A stretch of 64,000 bases of DNA. Origin: Yuukianura sp. NJ FZ-2021. Its lineage: Eukaryota. The notes beneath the pieces were generated by a model that made no database searches, was not told the origin of the DNA, and saw nothing but the letters and a program-made list of their open reading frames with translations. Made by a program: the position numbers and the translations under genes. The stretch covers positions 13,888,001-13,952,000 of the forward strand of contig CM102286.1 of NCBI GenBank assembly GCA_046563655.1, in the 5' to 3' direction. Positions 46,187-57,618 of this stretch are shown piece after piece. Every line of letters starts with the position of its first letter. Position 1 is the stretch's first letter.

Positions 46187-47185
46187 TTAAACCTCTTTCA
46201 CATCAGTAGTGACAACTTCCTTGACTACTGGAGCAGCATCGGCATGTACTGGAGCAGCATCTGCATGTACTGGAGCAGCATCTGCATGTGCTGGAGCAGC
46301 ATCGGCATGTGCTGGCGGAGCTTCGACTGCTGCTTCAGCAGGTTCCTTGTCGGCTTCAGCCTCGGGAGCTTTTTCAGCGTCAGCTTTTTTCTCAGCTTCA
46401 GCGTCAGTTTCAGCGTCAGCTTTTTTCTCGTGTTCAGCGTCAGCTTTTTTCTCAGCGTCAGTTTCAGCGTCAGCTTTTTTCTCGTGTTCAGCGTCAGCTT
46501 TGTTGTGGGCTTTTGATTCATGTCTCTTGTGACCCTCCTCGCTACTGCTGCTTTCGCTACTGTCACTGCCAGAACTCTTGTCCTTGGAATTCCCGCTTTC
46601 GTCGCTGCTGCTTTCGGATGAACTCGAACTGTCGCTACTTTCGCTGCTTGATGAAGAATCAGCGTCACTAGCTTCCTTCTCCGCTTTCTTCACTTCCGCA
46701 TGCTTCGTTTCCAGCCGAGGTTCTGGGCATTCGCATTTGTGGTGACGTTCGTGGTCATGTCCGTGTTGGGGACGACGACGGTGGTGAAGCTGGGCGGGAC
46801 GTCGCCTGTGTCCATGCTGTCGCAACACAAATCTCCTAACTCTGTCCTCTCCTTGGCTTTCAGAGTCCTTGGTTTCTGGGCATGTGCAGCTCTTCTTCTT
46901 TTTATCTTCGTCTTCATGCTCCTCATCCGATCCATCTCGGTTGCCTTTATGATGGCCACGTTTGTGACCACCTTGGTGACCGTTGCCACCTTGGTGACCG
47001 TTGCCACCTTGGTGACCGTTGCCACCGTGATGACCGTTGCCAGCGTGATGACCGTTGCCACCGTGCGGAGAGTGATGTTCTCCTTCCACCACGGCGTGTT
47101 GCTCAGAAGCAGCATCAGTGTGGGAAGTTGCTGCTTGTATGACGCAGAAGGAAATGACGCCTAGACAAATCAAGTAAATCTTCAT
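46187..47185 (-). CDS. Secreted multi-repeat protein (His/Gly repeats, Ser-rich tract, KKADAE and APAHADA repeats), single coding exon
   Basis: 332-aa ORF with signal peptide MKIYLICLGVISFCVIQA, GGNGH(H/Q) repeats, two CxCPE motifs and Ala-rich C-terminal repeats. Confidence 0.85.
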   Translation of the reverse strand: MKIYLICLGVISFCVIQAATSHTDAASEQHAVVEGEHHSPHGGNGHHAGNGHHGGNGHQGGNGHQGGNGHQGGHKRGHHKGNRDGSDEEHEDEDKKKKSCTCPETKDSESQGEDRVRRFVLRQHGHRRRPAQLHHRRRPQHGHDHERHHKCECPEPRLETKHAEVKKAEKEASDADSSSSSESSDSSSSSESSSDESGNSKDKSSGSDSSESSSSEEGHKRHESKAHNKADAEHEKKADAETDAEKKADAEHEKKADAETDAEAEKKADAEKAPEAEADKEPAEAAVEAPPAHADAAPAHADAAPVHADAAPVHADAAPVVKEVVTTDVKEV

Positions 47186-48488
47186 CTTTAGATGAACTAA
47201 TTCGCAACTTCAATGGGTTAAATTAAATTTTAACTTAATAAAATATGTTAGAGTAAACGCTTTTTGTGGAGAACTGCATTTAATACTAACTTAACTTTCA
47301 ACTTTTAGCTTAATCATTATACCTCAACTTACAAATTAGGCCAATCGTAAACCTTAATTAAACTGCGGTAAACCAAAATAATGAAATCTTAAACAAGTCG
47401 GAAATTTCGTGTGCCTTTAAAACCGCAAAGGTTTTGGGCAACACCTAACATAAACTATTGCAAGCACGTAAATAAGACATTATTATAACTCCGCCAATAT
47501 TTAGCAACTTACTTTCACAAATCAATTAAAAAGTACTACTTTTAGTACAATTCAAATATAATACATTATTCTAATTACACTATTTTTAAAACCTTGAATA
47601 TTAACAGCTTGAAATTTCGAAAGTTTAAACCCGTGTTTTAGAATTTTGAAATTTTTGATGTTCAGAAAAGTTAAAGTAATCTCATTACAGAACTTTTTAA
47701 ATGCTTCTTGTAAAACCACCAAAAGCCACATCCACAAATTCGCACGCTTATTACATCACTGTCGGTATTTAACAATTTATTTACTAAAATCCGCATTTCC
47801 TTTTATCGTTTCACACTTTTTTGCTTGTATTTAGATTAGTTTTGTAGATTTGAATTAATTAAAAAATGGTAGGTTACGCTATTCATATAAAAAAAATTGG
47901 TCAATCGATGTTGTTTTTTGCTGTTTGTGAAGATGAAAACAAGAGATGAACCTAAACACAAGACTTCTCAAAACGATAACTTTGTTAATTATCGTGGAAA
48001 AGTGGAAAATTTTATTATTTCTCAAGTCACGTGCTTAATGTCACTTTTAAAAGCTAAATCATTACATGAAATCAGAGATTTCAAGATTGATTTTTATGGT
48101 AAAAGACGAAATGGGAGAGGAAGATTCATGGGGCGCAGCACAATTCTCTCACGACTTTCGAATTAACTTGGAATTGACAAATTGTTAATTGTGAAGTGCG
48201 AGTAAGCAAAGGTTAACTTCCCAGTTTTAGACAATAAAATTCTTCAAACTAGTTTTGAGTTGTGTAAGCCACAACATTGCAAATCCACTCAAAACAGAAA
48301 AATTTACAAATCGAATATAACTTAAGTTATCAAAGGGATACAAACAAGGGACTCAATAAGGTTAGGCAAAGGGCCCCCTGAAGGGATAAAAGGGCCTTCA
48401 AATGTTAGTTAACATCCTTAGTTTAGCTGTTGACCTCTCAGAGACAAGGTTGAGGTTGCTGACCAATCGCTGACCTGCGCTGACCGTC

Positions 48489-49405
48489 ATGTTGACCTTC
48501 CTTGCAGCGTTGACCTTCTTGGGGTCAGCATTTGGTGGATTCCTGGTTGACCCTGATATCGTCCGACTCTTGCAGAGCACCCAAACTGGACTCTACGGTA
48601 GGTCAAAGGCAATTTGAAAAAAATTTGAAAAAATTGTAACACGAAATTCAAAATGCCGCTTCAAAATTTAAAAGTTTCAAACAGAATTTGTTTAAACTTT
48701 GTTTTAGTGGTTCGCCCGACCCATTTTCTACCTATTTCTGTGCTACAAAAAAATTTTCTGCAAGTTCCAACCGTCCCTGAAAGTTCAAAACAAGAAAACC
48801 GTCGCGGTGGATACGACATGCAGGACAACGTAAGTCTAAAACCGCCTCCACCACCGAAAGATGAATATGGTCCACCAAAAAGCAACTCTTTTGGACAAGA
48901 TGCGCAGGCGCAGAGACCGTTCAGACCATCAGACCGACCATTTAGACCGACCATCAGCAACAGAACGCCACGACCAGCACCACCTCCGCAAGAAAACTAT
49001 CTCCCGCCAAACTCCGGAAACAAACGCCCGCCACCCAAAGATGATTTTTTCATGTCACGAGATTCAGAAGAGACTCCAAGAGGATATTACGGTGCACCAA
49101 AAAATAATTACAGTCCACCAAGAGCAGAATACGGTCCACCTAAAGCTGAATACGGGCCACCAAAAATGCAATATGATCCACCAAAAGCAGAATACGGTCC
49201 ACCAAAAATGCAATATGATCCACCAAAAGTCAGCGGTGGGTACGGCCCACCACAGACCGCCCAAAACTCTCAACAGACTGTGATTTTTAAGAGCTACGTT
49301 GAACCGACATACAGTTTCGGCGAAATTCCGCTGTTCGGTTACGTTGAATCTTCAACTTTTGCACCGCCCAGAAAAAATTACAGAAGACGTGAAGGTTATT
49401 ACTAA
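48489..49405 (+). CDS. Secreted Pro-rich YGPP-repeat (extensin-like/cuticular) protein. Exon 1 48489-48597; exon 2 from about 48708 or 48765 to 49405
   Basis: Signal MLTFLAALTFLGSAFG; repeats EYGPPK / QYDPPK; both candidate acceptors are in frame. Confidence 0.75.
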
Positions 49406-50455
49406 TTTTTTTTTAAACTAAAACCTTGTAATTTTTTTTAAACAAAAATACTTAATTTTTTATGTATGCAGTGGAATTTATGAAACAAGAACTTATTTCT
49501 GAAATCTTTTATTAAAAATCATAAAATTTATAAATTTCGGAAACTTTTATTCGAAACCATAAACGTAAAAAAAATTATGACATGTTGAAATTCAGTCGAA
49601 ATCCAAAACAGTCATAAAAATGATTTTGTGCGAATCACAATTTCTATATGTTTAATTTTTAAGTTGCTGTATGACCTTCATCAAAAACAACAAAAAACAT
49701 AAGTTGAGCATCTTGAATGAAAAATTGTGCTGTAGTTATGAACTTTACGGGTGAATGACGACAATTCAAAATCAAAACAAAAATACCCGTAAATAAAATC
49801 CTAAGCGTAATCGTTGACGTTAAAAGTTAACACTCATCTCAAGGTCACGGCTGAAAATTGGCAAAAATCATTTTCACGAAACAAAAAAATTGTAAACTGC
49901 TCTCATATAGTAGTCAGGTAACTTTTTCACAGTAACAGCAAAATCCATAGATAAATTAGCAAAAACGTGACGCTTTTAATAACAATTTTTTTTGCACAAA
50001 TGTGTTTCCCAGCAAAGGTGTTGAGTGGACGTCTGCCCGTATTAAGTACTTTACAAAAATCCATACAAACCTTAACTTTTCTCTCACTTTTTTACAATGG
50101 TTTTAGCGTAGTACGTGCAAATATCCATTCCGGAATGATTTGCAAAAAGTTGGCACATGCTCGGTTATGTTTGTTTTTGCTCTCAACACTTGAAATTCCG
50201 AATTCTGAGAAAAAAGCTGATCAGGCGGATCGATGAGTTCATTTTTTCGCACACACAAAAAACTAGTCATTCTTCTCTTGGTTTTTAACTGCAAACAGTT
50301 CCATAAAAACTGTGGTTTACGTCGTATAAAATCAACTTTTGAACTTCACTTCTTACTTCATTTCAACACTCTTAATCTTAACCGTGAGAGTTAAACAACC
50401 TCCTAAGTTAAACATTTCAACTTTTAACCTTAACTGTTTTAACTTTAGCATAACA

Positions 50456-50950
50456 ATGGCCAACTACTTGTACTTTTGTGTTGTAGCAGCAGCTGTAGTG
50501 AACATGGCATCTTCGTCACCTCACGATTGTCAGTCCGACGTTGCTCCGTCGTCCGACGCACCCGAACCAAAACCGAAAGTGGATCCGAAGTTTTTAGCTC
50601 AACTGCAAAAATCGGAGGGAACTACGAAAATCGTTGTGATTTTTGCAGAAGGAACGGAAAAAGCTCTGGCAGAGATCAATGACAAAACGTTTGCAGACAG
50701 AGGCGAGAGAGCTCAAGCAGTACATGACGCTTTGGTTAAAAATGCTGCCGATTCGCAAGCATCAGTTACTGCCTTTCTTAAACAACAACCCGGAGTGGAG
50801 TGGGAGTCGCGGTGGATTAACAACAGCATGTACATAAAAAATGCCGACTATCGACTCGTTGTTGCCTTAGCTGAGTTTCCAGAAGTCGGAACCATTCGGG
50901 AAGACAACATTGTTGCCCACATCATGGAGCCACAAGACACTTTGAAATAA
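50456..50950 (+). CDS. Secreted stand-alone subtilisin (S8) propeptide / inhibitor-I9-like protein
   Basis: Signal peptide, then IVVIF...RGERAQAVHDAL...SQASVTAFL...ESRWINNSMYIKNAD..LVVALAEFPEVGTIRED, resembling bacillopeptidase-F-type prodomains; stop before any catalytic domain. Confidence 0.7.
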   Translation: MANYLYFCVVAAAVVNMASSSPHDCQSDVAPSSDAPEPKPKVDPKFLAQLQKSEGTTKIVVIFAEGTEKALAEINDKTFADRGERAQAVHDALVKNAADSQASVTAFLKQQPGVEWESRWINNSMYIKNADYRLVVALAEFPEVGTIREDNIVAHIMEPQDTLK

Positions 50951-52427
50951 GTTAATAATTAATCAATGTTAACTTAACTAATTAAAGTTAATTGCAATTT
51001 CCTTATCAATTAAAACCAACGTCAACGAATAAAAAACTTAAAATAAAACAAGTTACAACGTTACATTTTGACTTATTCGTAATCCAGTTTGTAATAAAAG
51101 TTAAAGAAAAAGTTGTAATATGTAAGTTGTAATAATTCACGTTTTGTAGTTCAACCTAATTGAAGCCTTAATTAACTTAGGTTAATTAATACTTAACCTG
51201 ATTAAGTAAACAAATGCGTCTATTTAACTTTACGCATGCTCAGAATTTCAAAACCTATTTTATGTTAAGGTTATTTTAATAAAAGTGGGAAGTTTTTAAA
51301 AATAGAACGCAGAAGCTCCGTTTGATTGCGAAAACATTTAAAGATTTTCTTAAATTGCAATTAATTTAATTATTCTTACCTTGAACCCAAAAATTAATCG
51401 CGAAAATGTTAATTTTTTGTTTTTTTTCTGTAATTAACTTTAACTTGACTTTTAAAATTACTTAATTTTAGACCGCCCTTAACATAATATACACAAGATA
51501 CAGAAGTTTGTTGCTTAAAACGGGTTCCTTACAGAATTTAATTGAGTGTTAATGTGCAATAAATTTACACTTTTTAAAAAAGGAGGGAGCTTTTGAATCA
51601 TCTTTGCGTAGAAATTTACTTTGCGATTACCGATACAAGTTTTCAATGATAAGAAATTTCACGAAAGTGTCAAAAATTTTGAAATTTTAAAATATACTGT
51701 TTTAAGTTTGTGAGAATTTGCGAAAAAGCGAATTTTGAGTTATGACTTTCAATATTTGAGGTTATGAGTGTGTGGGTGTGTAAATTTTTACAAAATCTGC
51801 AAAGGTTAAAATAATCACAAAACAAGTTAGGCAAAAATGTCAACTTAAATACAACAAAAGAGTAAACATTAATCAACCTGTTGCGAATTTTTTGATTTAC
51901 AAAAAAACCGGAATTGAATTGTGCAAAAATGTATGAATTCATCTGTACATTTTACTTACTATATAAAATTTTTGTAATTGAGAATTTGAAAATTTGAGGA
52001 TTTTAATTTCTTGTAATCTTGTAGTATTTCTGTTTGATTATGAAAAAAAAATTCAAAACCTGCACATTTTTGCACATGCGCATTCATTGTTACGCAAACT
52101 TTGTAAAAGAGTGACAGTGACTGTAACTTATCTTTTTTCATTCAGTAATTGACTAATTTTGAAGCAATTTTGTTTACCTCAAAAAGTGTGTTACACGACT
52201 CAATGTTAAATTGTGTTAAGGCGTGGTTTCACTTAAACTTGCTCGTCTTCAACTTCTTGCATCAATTCTTAACCTTTGCGTTGCTGGTTATATAATGCGT
52301 CAACTGTTGAGTTGCTTAAGATCAGTGATATTTTGGCATCTCAAGACGTTTCAAGTTTCATTTTTGGCAAAAATCGCAATTTTTGAGTTTTGAATTTTAA
52401 ATTTTCCCGCTACTAATAAAATTCATT

Positions 52428-53450
52428 ATGAAGTTGGCGCCAATTTCACTCTTGCTACTTTTGGCCCTCAAAAGTTCGCATGCTGGATTTCTGAATTCTC
52501 CGTTTTCATATTTTTTTAATCCTGGAGCTCCCATTACCAGTGCAGCTTCTCCGTATATCCATGGATTCGGATCTCCAGCAGTATTTTCACCATTAGGTAA
52601 ATTTAAAAAAAAATTGAACTTTTCAAAATTCTGAACTCTTCGAAATACAGGTTTGTCAAAATCGAATTTTTTTGTCTGGTTATGTTCCGGTTTGCAGTGA
52701 ATTTTTACCATCCACAGCCGATTTTGAAGACTTTTTACCAGCCGTTAGTTTACCACCAACCGCCTCAATTTTTAAACCTTCCCACGCCGCAGTTTTATTC
52801 TCTGCCACAAACTAGCCCGCCTGAAACTGCGCCTGCGCCGACCGGTGGCTACTCCACTGGTCCAGCCAAAGAAGAGCCAAAGGCGGGTTATGGTCCGCCC
52901 GCTAAAGGCGGGTATTCTGGACCCTCCGGAAGCAGCGGGTCAGCACCCATTGAAGTATTCCAAGATGATTTTATGGGAGACAAGCAAAGCGTCGTCGTAG
53001 ATTCAGACAAAGCCAGGAATCCGTCAACCCGCTTCAATAACGGGTTCCAGCCACAGCAAAATGACGGATTCCAGCGACAACGGTCCAACATTGCATTTCA
53101 GCCAGAGTCGTCAAATGACGGATACCAGCGACAACGGTCAAACATTGCATTTCTCAAATGACGGATACCAGCGACAACGGTCAAACATTGCATTTCAGCC
53201 AGAGTCGTCAAATGACGGTTTTCAGTCACAGACAAATTTTGGATTTTCGTCACAAGAGTCCGACGACAGTTTTACGCAGCGAAAACGGTCCAATCAGAAC
53301 CAAGGGTTCCAAAGCTTTATTGTCAACTCACGTGACCGGGCACCGCGCCAAGATTCAAATTCAAACTACGTCTACAGGGACAACAGCATCAGAGCCGCCC
53401 AAGACCGACCGCGAGGTGCTCAAACTCAGCGACCGACCGGAGGCTACTAG
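52428..53450 (+). CDS. Secreted Pro/Gly/Gln-rich protein (GGY/YGPP motifs, likely cuticular). Exons 52428-52596 and 52698-53450, with an 11-nt frameshifting deletion near 53153
   Basis: Signal MKLAPISLLLLLALKSSHA; PTGGY and GYGPP motifs; three about 54-bp NDG(F/Y)QRQRSNIAFQPESS repeats, the middle one truncated. Confidence 0.7.
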
Positions 53451-54230
53451 TGATTCAAGATTAGAATTTTAAAAAATTTAAAGTCAACACAAATACTTAA
53501 AAAACAACTTAAAAGATAATGTTAGCAAAATTTTTATATATTTTTCTTACACTGGAACTTCATAGTGAATATTTTAAAGTTAGAAAATCCAACATAACAA
53601 CTTTTGTTCAAAAGTTTTGTAGCATGAAGAATTTTAACTTTTGAAGTTTCAAAAAATAAAAAAAGTAAAAAAAAATTCTTAAAATAAATTAGAATAAAAA
53701 ACTTATTATAAATTTCAAGGGCAATAACAAATGTACCAATCCAAATGAAACGTGGTAGAATGTGATTTGCAATTAATCCATAAATGGCCAAGTCATTGCC
53801 AAAAAACAACGAAATCGCAATTCTTTCTGTGAATTTAGGTAATAAGTTAGCAAGTAAAAGTAAAACCAACACGCCCTTCTACGCCCATCCATTTCTTTTG
53901 TTGTAAATTTTAATTTACTTTCCAATACAATGGTTCGGAGGTGGATTTTCATTTAAAAAAAACTTTTTTTGATACATAAAACATATTTTTTGTTCAAACA
54001 ACTTTGAAACGACCTTGAACGTTCACGGCGTTGGCGGCAACCGGCAAAAAATTTTTGCAAAAAATTCGCAACTTACGCTTTTCTTTGCAATTTCGCGGAT
54101 TTATATAAAACCAAAAGCTTTCCCTTTTGAAGATCAGTCTCTGGTCGGTTCTGGATTTGGAAAATTCACTGAGACTGGAACTTTTGGTTTAAATTGAAAA
54201 ATCTGAAACCCGAAAAGTTTTGTTATAAAA

Positions 54231-54980
54231 ATGGAAATTTTGAAGTTTAGTTTTGTACTTTGTATAGTACTGACGTTGACTAAAATTGTCAACTGCGAAG
54301 AGGACACTGGGAGTCCAAAGTCAAGCGAGGCCGCTCTGATCATCGTAGACTTTCAAAATGACTTCTGTGAAGGCGGGAGTATTGCCCTTAAGGGCTCCGA
54401 CAAATTCATCCCGATCATCAATGACCTCCGGACTGACGTGACCTTTGCCAAGGTCATTTTCACCATGGACTGGCACCCTCCTGGTCACATCTCCTTCTAC
54501 GAAAGATTCTCTGACAAGACGAAGTGGCCTCAGGCAAAGCTCTTCCACAACTTGACCTTTGACCTGGGCGATGGCAGGGGTCAACGCACCCAGCGTCTCT
54601 GGCCTGTCCACTGCGTCCAGAACTCCACTGGAGCAGCCCTTCGTGATGGACTGAAAGTACTTCCATCGGATGTCATTGTGTTCAAGGGAGTGGACATAGA
54701 TGTGGACAGCTATTCTGCATTTGGTAACGAAGCTGAAGGGTACCAAACAGACTTGGACGAGGTCCTTAAGGGCACTAACATTAAGGAAATTGTTGTCATC
54801 GGATTAGCATGGGAGTACTGCGTTGGAAACACGGCCCTTGATGGGATCAAAAAGGGCTACAAAGTGACAGTGCTGGAAGATGCGACGGCATTTTTTGGAA
54901 ACAGTGATACGGAGGTCATGAGACTTAAGTTTGCCAATGCTGGTGTAAAGGTCATGACTACTAAATCGTTTATGACCTAA
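54231..54980 (+). CDS. pncA: Nicotinamidase/pyrazinamidase (isochorismatase fold), intronless, with N-terminal signal peptide
   Basis: ALIIVDFQNDFCEGGSIA, DWHPPGHISF, LWPVHCVQN, KG..DSYSAF, GLAWEYCVGNTALD: catalytic D-K-C triad and metal ligands intact. Confidence 0.93.
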   Translation: MEILKFSFVLCIVLTLTKIVNCEEDTGSPKSSEAALIIVDFQNDFCEGGSIALKGSDKFIPIINDLRTDVTFAKVIFTMDWHPPGHISFYERFSDKTKWPQAKLFHNLTFDLGDGRGQRTQRLWPVHCVQNSTGAALRDGLKVLPSDVIVFKGVDIDVDSYSAFGNEAEGYQTDLDEVLKGTNIKEIVVIGLAWEYCVGNTALDGIKKGYKVTVLEDATAFFGNSDTEVMRLKFANAGVKVMTTKSFMT

Positions 54981-55322
54981 AATTTGCAAAATTAATAAAA
55001 CTGTATAATATTAATTAATTCTAAAATTTAATTAGTTTTGACAAACAAAAAATTGAATACTTAATAAAAATTTCATACTCATAAGAAAGTTACGTGTACA
55101 GAGACGCTATCCAGACTGGCGCCAAAAATTTGAACTGCAAAAACAAAACAAACGAAAAACACATGTTTTTGTTTTTTTGGAAATTCATTGAGTATGTATT
55201 GCCTAAAACTTGACAAGTCGTCGACGATTATCAATCGACGATCACTGTTTATTCTTTAATCAATTCCACTTTCACCTAAATTAATTGATTACTCGCAAGG
55301 TCAAGGTGCAAAATTTGCACAA

Positions 55323-56845
55323 ATGGCTGAAGATGTGATTAATCGGCTGGAGAAACTCATTCCGCCCTCGTTCGTTACAGTGGATACTTCAGATTACAAG
55401 TAATTACAAATTAGAATTTTAATTGATGCAATTGATTTGTACATGATGGGATATCTGATTCAGTGGTTGTTTGTTTTCAGAAGAATCTTAAACCATAGGA
55501 CAAAACTCTTCAGAGACGAACTGTTCACAAAACATGTGGAACTGATGTCCTATGAAATTGATTTTTTGAGTGGCTACATTATACGGAAGGGTCAACAACT
55601 TCGGCTGGAAAAAGCACTTCGTCTAACGAACCAAGTCGTGAAGGTGGCCCAACGCTGGAAAGGAAACGAATTTCATGAACATTTGACCAAGTTTCGAAAC
55701 GCTTTTAGAGGTGGGCCTTTAAAAGGAGCCGTGGCTAGAGTTCCAAGCAAGCAATGGGTAACGTGGATTCTGTATTTGATGCTGAGAGAAACAGCGCTGC
55801 TGGCCAAGGTATCTTATCTTACTGGGTTGAAGTAAAAACGTTTCTGACTGTTGACTGATCGACATTTTTTACTTTTTTCTAGATGAAACTTGAATGCGAA
55901 AAGTCTGTACCATACTGGCTCGGCTTGATTGCCAAGGCTCATCATTGGGGAGACTCCTTAGTTATCACTGGCATTCTATCTAGAATTTGGTAAACCAGTA
56001 TCACTGTCACTTCTTTAAATGACAAAACTCCACTGATTAACCAATTCATTTTATTTCTGATATCCAAGGCATCTATGTAGCTTGCTGCTCTGTGAGATTA
56101 TAAACAAGAAATACCCGGCTTACGTGAAACTTCTTGAAATGGTTCAGCCAACACAGTCGTCTCCATGGCCAGACGACAATTTCAAAGTACCGGATGATCT
56201 CTACTTGTGGATTCGTGATACAATGAAACTTTCATTCGAAAAGGCCAGACTTTTGTAAGTTACTGCAATCTATTCGAAAATCTCATCCAGTATACAGTAT
56301 ATTTATGTCTTTATTTGTGATGATCCAGTGTCAACCTTTCATACTTCAGCCGAAAACCATCATCCAAGGACGAGATATTCTCAATTTTATCCAAAACGTA
56401 CGACTCAAAGAGCACACAGACTGAGGGATCTCAAGAGACCTCAACTCAAACGGGGCCAAGTCCATGTCTAGATGATGATGATGAACCCGCCTTCTTTCTG
56501 GATACAGAGGGAATGCCAAGGGAGGAAGACTTTCCATATGACTTCAACCCAGATTTGGACCAGAGTGAACCGGAGGAGGAAGAAACGGAAGATGTTGGTG
56601 TAGCAGTTAAGGAGGAACAGGAGGGGCCGCCTCGGAAGAAGAGAAAGAGGGGCCGCAGAAAGAAGTCAAAAGCTATCGACAATTCTAACCAGGAAATGGA
56701 GGAAGATGCTGACCAAGTACAAGTACCAGAAGATTTAGGCGTTGAAGTTCCGGATGCAGAGGAAGGACCGTCGCGAAAACGGAGGAAAGGCGGCAAAAGG
56801 AAGTCAGCTAAACACAATAACGCAGAATTGGAAAGTACTGATTAA
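55323..56845 (+). CDS. NEPRO: NEPRO/RMP64-like (DUF4477, RNase MRP subunit) protein, 5 exons, with acidic/basic nucleolar-type tail
   Basis: EIDFLSGYIIRKGQQLR, VPSKQWVTWIL, LVITGILSRIW and WP..FKVPDDL resemble the NEPRO N-terminal domain as recalled; in-frame splicing into the RKKRKRGRRKK-containing last exon. Confidence 0.65.
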
Positions 56846-57087
56846 ACGTTGTTTTACATAAAAGAGACGACAGTATTTTTCCATGTTATTTAATGAATTA
56901 AAAGCTCAATTACTTCGAGTTACTTCAGTTATTGTGCGGGTAAAGTTCAGGCTGCCTGAGACAGCTTGTTCATTTTCACATCATTAAGCATGCGCTGGGG
57001 TTGGGCGGGAAAGTAAGTGGAGGGAAACGGTTGCAAGAAAAAAAATACATATGTACATATTGTTTTGCTGTGTTTGGGTTGGGCTAA

Positions 57088-57302
57088 GGTTTAACGAAAG
57101 TCATTGTTACCACACACAGTTTAACCACTTTGCGGCTAGAATAATGAGTGGCTATCGACTATCGTATCATGGGGCTACTTATATTGCAACTTTAGGTTAG
57201 CTTACAATATGCAAATTATGCCGCCAGTTTTGTAGCCAGACTGCCACACAAGATGGCAAGAGTGTGGCTGCAGCTTGTGGCTACTATAACGCTAGTTAAA
57301 CC
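57088..57302. mobile_element. Degenerate PIF/Harbinger-like MITE
   Basis: TAA-GGTTTAAC..G.T.A.CCACA / TGTGGCTACTATAACGCTAGTTAAACC-TTA imperfect TIR of about 30 bp with TWA flanks. Confidence 0.55.
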
Positions 57303-57618
57303 TTACCTCAACCTCTGTTGGCTTTGTCATTTGGTCAACGACGTTAACAAAGAGGTGTACTTCAGTTCAGGAAGCAGGTCACACTAAGGTCAAAAACGCT
57401 ATCGACATCAGGTATTGGAACTGTACAGTGTCACGGATCATTTTTGGTATCGACTAGTACTTGTGTAACGTAAGTCATGGTATTTGTCATTGTCACATGA
57501 ATTTGATTGTTATACCATAAGTTATGGTATGTTTATATATAGTTTATGGTCCATAACCACCATATGACCTTTTTTTGGCATGTAGGGGATTTGGGGATTA
57601 CTACACAGAGAACGAACG

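Noticed and set aside
46154..47164. Overlapping + strand and alternative-frame ORFs over the His-rich gene
   Set aside because: Shadow ORFs produced by codon-periodic repeats of the 332-aa minus-strand gene.
50951..52400. Short ORFs in AT-rich intergenic DNA
   Set aside because: Phe/Lys/Asn-biased products with no motifs or splice support; same for most 60-100-aa ORFs in the track.
56255..56349. TGATGA box in a NEPRO intron as a C/D snoRNA
   Set aside because: No downstream CTGA D box or terminal stem within the intron.
57505..57570. Small hairpin ATACCATAAGTTATGGTAT as a miRNA or element
   Set aside because: Stem too short and AT-rich to support a call.
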